A stretch of 64,000 nucleotides of DNA, from assembly GCA_040755995.1 (NCBI GenBank), contig JBFMAF010000033.1:71985-135984 (forward strand), read 5' to 3'. Both the position numbers and the translations under genes were made by a program. This stretch comes from Acidobacteriota bacterium (lineage in GTDB: Bacteria; Acidobacteriota; CAIWXX01). This document shows, piece by piece, positions 9,505 through 23,200 of this stretch. The notes under the pieces were generated by a model that ran no database searches, was not told where the DNA came from, and saw nothing but the letters and a program-made list of their open reading frames with translations. Position 1 is the first letter of the stretch; every line of letters begins with the position of its first letter.

Positions 9505-12500
9505 TCATCCGGTGCTCTCAGCAGCCCTCTCCCGAGCCTGTCGCTTGGTTGCGACCGTGTAGTGACAGCCGTTGAACCGCTCTCCGGTGAACATCTTCCC
9601 ACCCATGAAATCGAGCATTCGACCATCCCACCCCCAGAACCAGGGGAAATCCGACTGCTTTCGTTCGGGCTCCTTGCCCCGGTCCTTGTCCCACTTGATG
9701 TTTGGTTTCCAGCGCAGCACGCCCGCCCCGGCGCGCCCGTTTGGCAGGTCGGCGGCGAGGAACGGGCGGATGTTCAGCCGCACACCGTCGTTGACGTCAG
9801 GCTCCCAGCCGATCGGCTGCTGATGGAGCGGCTTCCAGCGAACGAAGATGTCGAACGGTGGCTCGCCATCAAGGATTGCCACGAGGCGCTTCTGCAGCTC
9901 CATGGCCGCGACCAGCCGATCCTCGGCTCCTTCCTCGCCTCTCTTCACACCATCATGCTGCCGGGAGATCCAGTCGCCGAGATAGCTGTACGTCAGGCTC
10001 TCCAGGAGCTTCCGGCCCACGCCGTCACCTTCAGCAAGCTTGTGGTAGTTCACCAGCGCCTGGAATCCATCCCGTTTGCGGCCGTCCCAGATGTGCCAGA
10101 TGAATGGCCGGTGATGGAACAGCTTGCAGTGCTCCTCGAAGAAACTGTTCCGCAGCCACTCGTCCAGGTCGCGGTCCGGCTTGATACCGCATGCATGAAG
10201 CACGGCGGCCACCCGGTCTGCCGCCCTATCCTCGCCGCGCAGAGACGGGACACACACGATGCCGTCGGCATCGGCGAACCTGACAAGCTCATCACATCGT
10301 TTCGCCAGCTCGCGCGCACGGGTGCTCAACCGCATGTTCTCATCCAGCTCGGCCGGCCACCTGTAGCCCAGCATCCGCGCGACAGCGACCTGCAACGGCG
10401 CCGCCGACTGCTCCGGCCTCCCATGGAACAACCACTGCGTCGGATCATCACTCTCGGGCTCCGGCAGGCCATGGGGATACTTCTCCGCCGCAACCTTCTG
10501 CCAGTGCGCGATGTCGAACGGGATCTTCACCAGTGTTGCATTCGTAACGTTGGTCTTCTGGTCCACGAGCCTGACGGATGATGCGAAAACCTCGGACGAG
10601 CAGAAGGCCCAGACTGCGGGCAGGCAATCAGGGTCACGGGGGAGGAGCACAGCCACGTTCGTATCGAATGGCTCGCCCGTGTACAGCGAGCTTGGCAGAT
10701 GGCGCATCTGGCGCACCACAACTCCCGTGCGGCCCCACGCCTGTCGTCCGCGAATCGCTGCCCCGATTTCGTCCTTTGCGCTTTCCAACTCTGCGAGCGC
10801 GAGCTTCATCTCGCGCCCTCCAAAGAGCACGGTGAGATCGAATGAGCACTGAAACGGCCTCCAGTCAGGATCGGACCACGCAAGCTCCCAAAACGCCCTT
10901 GTGAAACGGGGCGAATCGGCGGTGGAGATTCCCTGCAGACCTACTGCATACCGCTGCAGCAGGATGCCCACTTCGCCCGTCTCCAAGACGATCCTGGCAT
11001 CGGGATTCCGCAGCTGGGATTCCTGCGGCACGACGAAGAGAGGGGCGGCAGACGCTCCTCGAAGCAATGTGGCCTTCCGTTCCTGGTCCTTGGTGACGGA
11101 GACATCAATGCCAGCATAGCAGTGCTCGCTCCCAGGCTTGCCCATGCTGATGATGGTCAGGGCGGTTGTGGCTGCCCACCAGTTCATGCCGCGGAATGCG
11201 TTTGCCCCCAGGCGAACCACGAAGTTCCAGGTGCATTCCCTCAGCAGGCGAGTTCGGAGGTGTCTGTACGTGGTCAAGAAAAGGCAGTTCTGTGGAGTCA
11301 CTATACCGACCGTGCCGGCGGCCGATACGTGCCGAAGAGCCGTGGACAGGAAAACGGTGGACAGATCCGCCTTGGCGTCAGGCTCATGGTCCGAAGCCCA
11401 CTGCCGCAGAGCGGAGCCATGCTTGAGTCTCGCCAGATAGGGCACGTTGGTGATCACAAGGGTGTACTTAGAGGTCAGAATGGCTGCTGCCCTTGCCATG
11501 CCGTGGGCCGCGACAGCCAGCTCGTGCTCTGTGTCGCCGGCGGACTCTGCACGCAACGCCAAATCGAGGAGTGGCTCGAGTTCGCGGTAGTCCGCAGCAT
11601 ACAAGCCACCGCTGGCGCGCCGCGGGTCGATCAAGCTTCCGAGCTCGGGGGCCTGCTGGAAGAGGTCGTAGAGGTTCTCGAGCCCGTTCTTGATCGCGTC
11701 AGACAGCAGTGACTCCCGGGTCTCGAAGAGGTCCTCGCGAACCACGGGCATTCCGCCCTCGCTCGCCGCGCGCTCGGCGATCTCGAGCCACTCTTGCTTC
11801 GTGGCGCGCGGCGCGAGGCCAGTGCACGCGATGTTGAGCGACGGGAGCGGCCGGAAGCCTGCGAGCTTCCACGCGGTGAAGGCGAGGTTGAACGCTGCGA
11901 TTTGCGTGCATCGCGGATCGATCTCGAGACCGTGCAGATTCTGGCGCAGGACAGCGTCGACTGCATCGGAGAGCGAGAGCCCTTCTTCGTGCATCCTCAG
12001 TCGCACCAGCAGATCGAAGCCCGCGACCAGGAAGTGGCCAGAGCCGCAACAAGGGTCGAGCACCTTCAACTCGGCCGCGCGCTTGGGCCATCCCTCGAAC
12101 GCGCCGGCCGCAGGCCTCCATGAGCCGCCTTTGCCATCCGGCCCGCGGACGAACCGCAGGTAGTCGAATGAGTACCCGCCCGCTGCGGTTAGCGCGACGG
12201 CTTTGCGAAGATTTTCCTCGCTGCCTGCGCTGTCGGCCAGTGCCGGGTTCGTTGCAAGAACCTCTCCCGCATGCCATGCGCCAACGGTGTTGTGCAGGAG
12301 GAACAGCACCATGTAGTGCTCGGTGAAAAGCTGCGTCACGGCCGGCAGCGTCTCGCCCGTGATCTTCTGACCACTCTTGTTGACCTCGTCCTTCCTCTTG
12401 CTCTGCCAGAATTGATAGACCCAGCCGAGCGCATCGTCCGCCTTGAAGACCGACGGGGTGAGACCGGCGAGCAGTTGCTCCAGCTTGACTCGATGCTCGC

Positions 12501-12966
12501 GCGCCAGCGCCACCTGGAGCACCGGGTCATCGGGCCGGAAGATCTGGGGCAGCATCTTCTGGGCGTATCGGCTGGCGTGCGTCCAGAGGTCGGTGCCTGC
12601 CTCCTTCGCCAACTCCTCGCACTCCTGCAGGCTGATGGCCACGCCGCTGGAAGGCTCGATGAGTAGATCGTTCTCTGCGAGGAACCGGGCGAAGAGCATC
12701 CGATGCCACTGTTCGTATGCGCATTCGTGGACGAGATGGTCGATCCCGAGGCTCCCTCGACGATCCTGCTCGTCTCCGAGCTGCCTAGCATGCGCGCGCA
12801 ATTGATTCCGCAGCCGGCGCTCTTCGGCTGTTTGATGCGGGTAGGGTTCGTGGTGGTGAACCGCCAATGTCTCGAGAGCGGCCCGCGCCCCTGCCTCGGC
12901 CACGTCGCGCGCCTGAACGACAGTTCGCTCAAGCTTGCTCCGGAGGTCAGCCGCAAGAGGTGGCAT
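9505..12966 (-). CDS. pglX: BREX adenine DNA methyltransferase PglX (BrxX)
   Basis: LGWVYQFW, PAVTQLFTEHYMV, motif I VLDPCCGSGHFL, motif IV TNVPY, C-terminal DVNDGVRLNIRPF; position in the operon. Confidence 0.92.
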   Translation of the reverse strand: MPPLAADLRSKLERTVVQARDVAEAGARAALETLAVHHHEPYPHQTAEERRLRNQLRAHARQLGDEQDRRGSLGIDHLVHECAYEQWHRMLFARFLAENDLLIEPSSGVAISLQECEELAKEAGTDLWTHASRYAQKMLPQIFRPDDPVLQVALAREHRVKLEQLLAGLTPSVFKADDALGWVYQFWQSKRKDEVNKSGQKITGETLPAVTQLFTEHYMVLFLLHNTVGAWHAGEVLATNPALADSAGSEENLRKAVALTAAGGYSFDYLRFVRGPDGKGGSWRPAAGAFEGWPKRAAELKVLDPCCGSGHFLVAGFDLLVRLRMHEEGLSLSDAVDAVLRQNLHGLEIDPRCTQIAAFNLAFTAWKLAGFRPLPSLNIACTGLAPRATKQEWLEIAERAASEGGMPVVREDLFETRESLLSDAIKNGLENLYDLFQQAPELGSLIDPRRASGGLYAADYRELEPLLDLALRAESAGDTEHELAVAAHGMARAAAILTSKYTLVITNVPYLARLKHGSALRQWASDHEPDAKADLSTVFLSTALRHVSAAGTVGIVTPQNCLFLTTYRHLRTRLLRECTWNFVVRLGANAFRGMNWWAATTALTIISMGKPGSEHCYAGIDVSVTKDQERKATLLRGASAAPLFVVPQESQLRNPDARIVLETGEVGILLQRYAVGLQGISTADSPRFTRAFWELAWSDPDWRPFQCSFDLTVLFGGREMKLALAELESAKDEIGAAIRGRQAWGRTGVVVRQMRHLPSSLYTGEPFDTNVAVLLPRDPDCLPAVWAFCSSEVFASSVRLVDQKTNVTNATLVKIPFDIAHWQKVAAEKYPHGLPEPESDDPTQWLFHGRPEQSAAPLQVAVARMLGYRWPAELDENMRLSTRARELAKRCDELVRFADADGIVCVPSLRGEDRAADRVAAVLHACGIKPDRDLDEWLRNSFFEEHCKLFHHRPFIWHIWDGRKRDGFQALVNYHKLAEGDGVGRKLLESLTYSYLGDWISRQHDGVKRGEEGAEDRLVAAMELQKRLVAILDGEPPFDIFVRWKPLHQQPIGWEPDVNDGVRLNIRPFLAADLPNGRAGAGVLRWKPNIKWDKDRGKEPERKQSDFPWFWGWDGRMLDFMGGKMFTGERFNGCHYTVATKRQARERAAESTG

Positions 12967-13179
12967 CGATGAGTCTCCTCAGTTGGGACCTACCGCAGTG
13001 ATATGGCGCTTCATGTCGGTGCTCCCCATATCTCCAAAGGCCGCGGATCCAGCTGGCGTCCCCGAACCGATGAGGGTCACAATTGCTCTTCTTTGGATAT
13101 CAATCATTTGAGGGCCGTTGGCATCCTGGTACGACCATCCCAGTCACATATCAACTGCTGAGAGGTCATCGCGCGCATC

Positions 13180-16100
13180 TCACGAAATGACGATGGGACC
13201 GTCCGCCACTTTGTCGAGCAGGTCGCGCTCGATGTTCGTGACCCAATCTTTCACCTCTGCAGGGGTCTTGAGCGTCCCACTGGTGAGATGCACTCGCTGT
13301 GTCTTCGGCTCGAGCGATTTCGCTGCTGCAAGAGCCGCATCTATGAATTGCTGGGGCAATGCGCTTGTTCGCATCTTCCATGAGCCCAGCGAGCACTCAT
13401 CGAGGGACCTCAGCAGGCTTACGTCGTCGCTCACATCGAGCGTCGGGGCCTCCGCAATCCCCACGGCCGCGAGTATCTCTTCTCGTTGAGCCGGCGATAG
13501 CCTCTGCCAACTCTCGCTCGCGTCCAGCCTGCGCTTCTCTGTGCTGAACAGGGTCTCGTATTCATTGTGCGCCTTGTTCAGAGCGGGGCGCAGAATGGAA
13601 GCGACTCCCTTCTGGATGGCGGGCACTGGGTCGCTGGCATCGAGCAGACGCCGGTCGGCGCGTACGGCGTCCGTCTGTTTCAGGAGGTCAAACGAATCGG
13701 GTAATCCGGAGGCGTGGCGGAGCAATCTACAAAGCATTTCCCAGGCCGGCCTCCTCTTCGCGGCATGTTCGGCTGCAGCGCTCCAGGCTTTGACGTGCTG
13801 TTCCAGGCCGTCGCCCTGCCTGACCATCGCCGCGAGCTGTTCGTTACCTGTGAGGCCTCGAAGGGCCTCGATGTGCGTCGTCGAGGGTCTGGGTGGCATC
13901 GGCGGATCCCCGCCGGCCTGATCCGCGAGGTCGAGCAGCACCGCGAGGAATCGATCGGCTTGTGTCGACTCCTCGCCGGGCTTGCACGCGACTGAAGCGC
14001 TCTGGAACAGTTTGCGCAGTTTGATGCGTTGGCCAACATCCAATGTGGCCGCCTCGACGCGGAGCTCACTCATCGCGATCTTGGCCTGGTCGAGCTGGCC
14101 CGGCTTGAGTTGCACGCCACCGTGACCCACGCGCACTTGACCCGCAGTGTGGAGCACTATGAGCGCGCCGTCCACTGCGTCCCGTGGCCAACCGTACGGG
14201 CTGTTTTCGAAGAAAGAACGGACCTCTTTGCCCCTCTTGCCGGCCCCGATGGCCGAGCGAATCGCAGAGCACACAGGGTGCTTCTCCGGCTTGTCGTGCC
14301 AATCCACTACCTGCAGCGCGCTCTCGTCGCCGCTCCTCGCTCGGCTGATGACACCGTCCCACTTGTCGTGATCTGCGACACGGAAGTGGGGAAAGAGGCG
14401 ATCAAGAGATGCCTCTGCAGCGGTTCTCACTTTCTCCACGAAACTGAGCTCCAGACGTTCGGCACCACCACCCTGCAGGACCTTGCTGTTCTCTATTACC
14501 TCACGGAGGATAGCATTCCGTCGGACCTCAGCCTCCCCCCTCCGCGTGGTCATTGCATTGAACGCCTCACGTCCCTCGTCCGTGTTCGGCGTCCCCTTGA
14601 AATCGATCGTTGACCTCGCAGCCTCTGCGTCTACGATCGCCTGCTTCAGGTCTTCGGCTCGGGACTTGGACACGAAGACGTAAACGATAGGGCTCTCGGT
14701 TCCGGCGGCTCGCGCATCATTAAGGACTCGGCTCTCGCTCTCGCCCCAGCCGTCTCGGACCCAGACCGGGATCTCGTGCCCTTCTCCTGTAGGTGCGTCC
14801 CCGCCGAACTGCAGGACGAGCTTGCGCGGGGCCTTGCTCCTCCCATGCACCAGCCTGATGCCCCCGATGGCGTCACTGATCGCCGCGGCTATCAGCGCCG
14901 AACGTTTGTTGGAGATACCCGACTCGTCGCCGGCCAGTCGCGACTGGCGGTTGTGGAACTCACGGTCCCACTCGCTGCCCTCGCGCGTCTGAAGACTGTA
15001 GCCATCGTCAAGCTTGATCAGCTTCCCGTCGCGAACCAGCTGTTCGAGGACGAGAGGCACATCCTTGCGGAGCAGCGTGCCATCACTGCCCAGGTCGCTG
15101 ACAAGCAAGTCCGAGAGCATCTCGGGGGTGGCGCTCACGCCGACGGCACCGGCCTGTCCTCGGGGCAGCTTGCGGATCAAGAAGATTAATCCGCAGAGCC
15201 GGCGCGCCAGCTTCCCGGATGGCGTGCCGTCATCGAGCTTTTGGATGGTCTGGTCGCTCTCGCGCAGAAGAACGCCAGTGCGGAGAAGGTCCGTTTGTAG
15301 TTGCCCAAAAATGAAGTCGCCAGGTACGACCGTTCCGAGCGGTTGCTCGGCTGTGTCCCGCACGGCGTCATGCACGATGCGCAGCTGCGTGCGGAGTTGT
15401 GCCGTAGTGCCGGGGACGTCGACTGCCCTCAGTGAATGCTCCCAGAACCGCCGGCGCACGGGGAGAAGCGGGTAGTCATCGACCAGGATTGTCTGATCGT
15501 CGACTCGCGATGCTATGGCAGTCCCGGCCAGCTGTCGATCGATCTCACCTGCATGGTGATCAAGACACTCCTTGACCGCCTTGACCCGATCAGCCTTCTT
15601 CGCCAAAACAACCCGGCGTGTGACGGTCTCCACATCGAGGTCAGACAGCTCAACCGAGATGGTGAAGCGTCCCCGGAGTCGCTGCAGCATCGGCACGCTC
15701 CCGGCGAGGGCCGTCTGGCCCGCGCCGATGAGCATCACGCGACTGTCGAGCTGCTTGCAGAGCGCCTCGGCCACCTCCTGGACCTCCGCCGAACGCTGGG
15801 CGCTATCGCCGATGAAGAGCTGTACTTCGTCCAGCACCACCACGGTGCAGGGTACACGACCATCGACCGACAGGATCTCGCGCGTCAGTCGAGTGAACTC
15901 CATAGTCGAGATCTCGTGGACATCCCGGAACTGCGCCTCCAGTGTGGCGTGCACCTGGTTGATGTCGGGGGCAAAGGTGGGGTCGGCATCCAGGATCGCC
16001 CTCGCGAGCACCGGACTGACATACAGGTCACTGAGCTCCCGAAGGAAGTCTCTGCCCTCGGCCTCAACTGCTCTCCGAACCTTCTCGTAGTTGCCGTTTC

Positions 16101-16623
16101 TCATCAGCCAGAGGCAAAAGCGAGTCTCAGGCAGGGTTTCCGGGAGGCCCTTCGATCGCGAGATGATGCTGAGGATGGTCAGCCGCACGTTGCTGCCCTC
16201 GCCAGAAGGTAGCTTCCCCGAAACGGCGTGGAGGCCACCGCACCTCTTGCCGAGAGTTCCCAGCTCCCTTAGCAGGTCTTGCACTTCCAACGGTAGCTGT
16301 GCGAGCCCACGTGCGGTGGCTCCGTCCGCGAACATCGTGTCCACCCACAGGTGGCGCAGCATCTTTAGCAAGTGGGACTTCCCGCAGCCGTAAAAGCCGC
16401 TGATCCATGCCGCCGGCTGGACAGTCGAGTCCACGCTGCCGATATAGGACTCGAGGATGCGAATCATACCCTCCTTGTACTGGCCCTCGCACACGAAGTG
16501 CTCCAGCTCGTAGCGGAGCGTATCGATCTCGTTTGGCGTCCGTGTCTCCTCGACGGTGGCCACACCGTCGTTCAACAGCCTGCTGGTGGAGGGGTCGCGC
16601 TGGAATATCTCTCTGTTCTTCAT
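13180..16623 (-). CDS. brxC: BREX P-loop ATPase BrxC
   Basis: RYELEHFVCEGQY, Walker A WISGFYGCGKSH, Walker B VVLDEVQ, SPYGWPRD; 1147 aa. Confidence 0.93.
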   Translation of the reverse strand: MKNREIFQRDPSTSRLLNDGVATVEETRTPNEIDTLRYELEHFVCEGQYKEGMIRILESYIGSVDSTVQPAAWISGFYGCGKSHLLKMLRHLWVDTMFADGATARGLAQLPLEVQDLLRELGTLGKRCGGLHAVSGKLPSGEGSNVRLTILSIISRSKGLPETLPETRFCLWLMRNGNYEKVRRAVEAEGRDFLRELSDLYVSPVLARAILDADPTFAPDINQVHATLEAQFRDVHEISTMEFTRLTREILSVDGRVPCTVVVLDEVQLFIGDSAQRSAEVQEVAEALCKQLDSRVMLIGAGQTALAGSVPMLQRLRGRFTISVELSDLDVETVTRRVVLAKKADRVKAVKECLDHHAGEIDRQLAGTAIASRVDDQTILVDDYPLLPVRRRFWEHSLRAVDVPGTTAQLRTQLRIVHDAVRDTAEQPLGTVVPGDFIFGQLQTDLLRTGVLLRESDQTIQKLDDGTPSGKLARRLCGLIFLIRKLPRGQAGAVGVSATPEMLSDLLVSDLGSDGTLLRKDVPLVLEQLVRDGKLIKLDDGYSLQTREGSEWDREFHNRQSRLAGDESGISNKRSALIAAAISDAIGGIRLVHGRSKAPRKLVLQFGGDAPTGEGHEIPVWVRDGWGESESRVLNDARAAGTESPIVYVFVSKSRAEDLKQAIVDAEAARSTIDFKGTPNTDEGREAFNAMTTRRGEAEVRRNAILREVIENSKVLQGGGAERLELSFVEKVRTAAEASLDRLFPHFRVADHDKWDGVISRARSGDESALQVVDWHDKPEKHPVCSAIRSAIGAGKRGKEVRSFFENSPYGWPRDAVDGALIVLHTAGQVRVGHGGVQLKPGQLDQAKIAMSELRVEAATLDVGQRIKLRKLFQSASVACKPGEESTQADRFLAVLLDLADQAGGDPPMPPRPSTTHIEALRGLTGNEQLAAMVRQGDGLEQHVKAWSAAAEHAAKRRPAWEMLCRLLRHASGLPDSFDLLKQTDAVRADRRLLDASDPVPAIQKGVASILRPALNKAHNEYETLFSTEKRRLDASESWQRLSPAQREEILAAVGIAEAPTLDVSDDVSLLRSLDECSLGSWKMRTSALPQQFIDAALAAAKSLEPKTQRVHLTSGTLKTPAEVKDWVTNIERDLLDKVADGPIVIS

Positions 16624-17189
16624 CGCTCAACAGTCCCGCCGCGGAGGGTGATCGGGACGGCCAGGTAGTTCCAACCATCCCGAGCATCGAGCAGCCGATA
16701 ATTGTTGTTGTCGAATTCGCCGGGAAAGAACAGGACGAGCCTGCCCCGGATGTCACGGTCAGTCTCCTTGAGCACGAGTGATACCTTCGTGAACCCGTAT
16801 AGGCATCCTACACCATAAGCGGCAACTACGGTGTTCTCGTCCACCTCAGGCGCGATGAGTGCGTCGCGAAGCTCCGCGGCCGCGGCGCGCACGAAGTCGC
16901 TCTTCAGCTTCAGACCAAGGGCGGCGGGCTTCCGGAAGTACGGGTCGCGATACTCCATCGAAGCCATCCATCGCGCGAAGGTCCCGGTGAAGTCGACAAG
17001 CTTCCAGCCGTGCCCAGACTGCCGCGTCGCCATCTCGTAGAGCTCCAGCTTCGCACGCAGTTTTCGCTCGTCCGTTTTGTCGTATACGACGAAGATGGTC
17101 TTTTGTGCACCCGCAAGGTCCCTCTGCCAAGGCGCGGAGACGTGGCTCTGGTAACGGTTGGCCAGCTCTTCAATTCGTCCCATGGACAT
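16620..17189 (-). CDS. brxB: BREX protein BrxB (DUF1788-like)
   Basis: GVGCLYGF and LVLFFPGEF...YRLLD motifs; directly upstream of and overlapping brxC. Confidence 0.85.
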   Translation of the reverse strand: MSMGRIEELANRYQSHVSAPWQRDLAGAQKTIFVVYDKTDERKLRAKLELYEMATRQSGHGWKLVDFTGTFARWMASMEYRDPYFRKPAALGLKLKSDFVRAAAAELRDALIAPEVDENTVVAAYGVGCLYGFTKVSLVLKETDRDIRGRLVLFFPGEFDNNNYRLLDARDGWNYLAVPITLRGGTVER

Positions 17190-17994
17190 GCTTCCTTTCT
17201 TGCTCGGTCAGCATCCTGAGGGGTGCCACATCCACAATCCCGCCCGAAACCCTGAGGTCTATGAGGCCGATGCGTTTGGCATCCGTTGCCAGGGCGATGA
17301 GCTCGTCGCCGGTCGAATCGAGGCTCTTCGTCCAGAGAGTCTCGAATAGGAGTGCACCCCGCACGCCGAGGGCGTATCCGAGCAGCAGAGCAAAGGCAAC
17401 GACGGTGGGGGTAGGGCTCACGGTGCGGCGCACCTTGTGACTTCGACCTTCGAGATGCCCTGACTGGCTCCAGGACGATGCCGCGTTGCGCACGACCTTG
17501 TCCAGTACCGCTTCGTTGAAACGGTCGTGCGTTCCTTGGCCCACGGCTTCAGCGAACGCGCGGCGGGCAAGCTCCTCGCCGGGACGCAGGTGGGCGATGA
17601 CCGGGGCTGTAAGCCGCAGGAGGGGGTCGCGCGCCAGGGCAAGCAGGAGCGCCATCAGCGGCTGCCCCTGTTCCTCGTTTTGCCAAAGCTCCCGCATGAC
17701 GCGGAACAGGGGCACACTCGGATCGAGCGCATACAGCTCACCCAGACGCTGATCGGTCAGCCTGCGTGTAGCGAGCGTAGTCTTGCCGAGGCAGTTATGC
17801 TCGACGATCAGCTCGCGGTATTCCGCACGACTAGCCGTCGGCGCAGCAACTCGCAATAGTGTCGAGAGCTCACTCAGCATCATCGTGCGACTAGTGTGCG
17901 TGCCCTTTTCGCCCGAACGGAATCCGAGAAGAACGGCGGTAGGAGCATCGAGCTCGGCTGCGGCAATCGCGTCGAAGGGCGGCAACCGTGTCAC
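17170..17994 (-). CDS. brxA: BrxA-like first gene of the BREX operon
   Basis: Helical protein with IVEHNCLGKTTLATRR and SWSQSGHL; occupies the brxA position. Confidence 0.65.
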   Translation of the reverse strand: MTRLPPFDAIAAAELDAPTAVLLGFRSGEKGTHTSRTMMLSELSTLLRVAAPTASRAEYRELIVEHNCLGKTTLATRRLTDQRLGELYALDPSVPLFRVMRELWQNEEQGQPLMALLLALARDPLLRLTAPVIAHLRPGEELARRAFAEAVGQGTHDRFNEAVLDKVVRNAASSWSQSGHLEGRSHKVRRTVSPTPTVVAFALLLGYALGVRGALLFETLWTKSLDSTGDELIALATDAKRIGLIDLRVSGGIVDVAPLRMLTEQERKHVHGTN

Positions 17995-18027
17995 CTCGAG
18001 AGTAGACCACCAACCACGCTAGCGATG

Positions 18028-18055
18028 ATCCTACGGAACCAGTCGGCCATGTCAA
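18028..18055 (-). promoter_or_regulatory. Putative sigma70 promoter of the BREX operon
   Basis: TTGACA-16 bp-TAGGAT, ending 33 bp upstream of the brxA GTG. Confidence 0.5.
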
Positions 18056-18421
18056 TCCTCCAGGAGAAGCAGCCACCCCGCCGGCTAGTTTGCCGGCGCC
18101 ATGCATATCCTATGGCGCAACCATGTTTTGGTCAAGTAGTTATCTTCATTCATTTACGTTCTTTACTCATTAGCAGTAGTCTCGTCGGTTCCGGAGGGGC
18201 TAGGCAGATGGCACGAGGCCCCAGCCGTTCACCGAGCGTGTCCTCAAGGAGCTCAAGGAGTCGTGCCGGACGAGAGGTACCCAAACGCTGCCAGCCAGTG
18301 GACCTGCTCGCCCGCCGCTTCAGTAGCCTGCGAGCCTAGCACATCGCTGTTCTCGGTGTCTGGTGACAGTCGGACATCATTCGCAGGATGTGGTCCAGGG
18401 CGACAGTTTCAGGATTCGTGC

Positions 18422-21862
<3,441 letters not shown>

Positions 21863-22064
21863 CAGGGACTTACTCTAACTGTGAGGCAGGAGCTTTACAA
21901 CCTCGCCGCATGGTGGTCGGGTCCGTTCCCTTGCCCGTTCCCGACCCTGATCGAGTACGGGCAAGCGTACGGGTACCGGCCTTCGGACTTGGTACGGTGA
22001 TGGGGTCATGCGAGAGCGCGCCTAGCGAAATGTTGTCCGGCGGACTCGGAGGTGCGAGAATACG

Positions 22065-22673
22065 TTGGTGGACGCGACGGTGAGAATGGACGACCTGCGG
22101 CGGGTGCTCGCGCGACCGGGGCAGCTGGGTGATCCGGGGTCAGCTGAGGTGACGGCGGCGGTGGCGGCGGTGTTTCGGGACCGGCCCGCCGGTCCGGAGC
22201 TTCTGTTCATCCGCAGGGCCGAGCATCCGCGCGATCCGTGGTCGGGCGACATGGGGTTCCCGGGCGGTCGCGTGGACCCCACCGACGCCAGTCCACTTGC
22301 CGCAGCGATACGTGAAACGCGCGAGGAGCTCGCGCTTGATCTTGATCGTTGCGGCGTGCTTCTCGGGGCGATGCCGTCCGTTCGAACGCACTTGCGCGTG
22401 GGGCGAGGTCCTCTGTGGGTCGCTCCGTTCGTCTTCGAGCTGCAGGGCGAACCCGACCTGGTTCCGAATCACGAGGTGCAGGAGGCCTTGTGGGTGCCCC
22501 TCTCGTTCCTGATGGACAAGGGCAACCGTCACAGCTTCGTCTGGACGGGCCGCGGCTTCCCGCTACCCATGCCCTGCTACCGATTCCACGGGCGCGTCAT
22601 CTGGGGGTTGACGCTTCGGATGCTCGACGGTTTGTTCGGGTTGCTCGCGGGCGACAGCCCGGCTCGCCTTTGA
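22065..22673 (+). CDS. Nudix hydrolase, CoA pyrophosphatase family
   Basis: WSGDMGFPGGRVDPTDASPLAAAIRETREE (NuCoA motif plus Nudix box); IWGLT. Confidence 0.9.
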   Translation: MVDATVRMDDLRRVLARPGQLGDPGSAEVTAAVAAVFRDRPAGPELLFIRRAEHPRDPWSGDMGFPGGRVDPTDASPLAAAIRETREELALDLDRCGVLLGAMPSVRTHLRVGRGPLWVAPFVFELQGEPDLVPNHEVQEALWVPLSFLMDKGNRHSFVWTGRGFPLPMPCYRFHGRVIWGLTLRMLDGLFGLLAGDSPARL

Positions 22674-22695
22674 CCTCACCGATCGCGCCGGGGGC

Positions 22696-23166
22696 TCAGA
22701 GCTCGATGATCTCGACCTTCCGCGAGGCTGTGTCGTAGACGGCGCAGGTCTTGGCCGGCGCCAGGACTCCCGACACCGTGCCGGGGTTGAGCATCAGCAT
22801 TCTGCCTTTCTCTTCGACCGACACCTGGTGTGTGTGCCCGTAGATCAGCAGGTTCACGCGCTGGGGGTCGACGTAGTCGTTGATGAACGGCTCGTGAAAG
22901 ACGACGATGCTGGTGTTGCCGGCCTGCACCTGGCGCGGGGCGGGGCGTATGTCGATGAGGCTGGAGAGGAGCACGCGGTCTCCGTCGTTGTTCCCGAAGA
23001 CGGCTGCGTGCGGCAGGCCGGAGTCCTTGATGAGGCGCGCGATGAACGGCGAGCACAGGTCGCCGGCGTGGATCAGGAGCTCGCATGAGTGCGCGCGGAT
23101 AAGCTCCAGCGCCTTCGTGGTGGCGGCAACGTCGTCATGCGTGTCCGACAGGATTCCGATCTTCAT
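22696..23166 (-). CDS. Metallophosphoesterase (YfcE/MJ0936 family)
   Basis: SDTH, HAGD, GNND, GHTH and NPG motifs. Confidence 0.92.
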   Translation of the reverse strand: MKIGILSDTHDDVAATTKALELIRAHSCELLIHAGDLCSPFIARLIKDSGLPHAAVFGNNDGDRVLLSSLIDIRPAPRQVQAGNTSIVVFHEPFINDYVDPQRVNLLIYGHTHQVSVEEKGRMLMLNPGTVSGVLAPAKTCAVYDTASRKVEIIEL

Positions 23167-23200
23167 TTGGATCTCCTTGACCCCGGCCTCCGCTGCGCTC

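Noticed and set aside
21863..22064. SAM, SAH or cobalamin riboswitch upstream of metH
   Set aside because: Only short GC-rich inverted repeats; no conserved aptamer motifs recognisable by eye.
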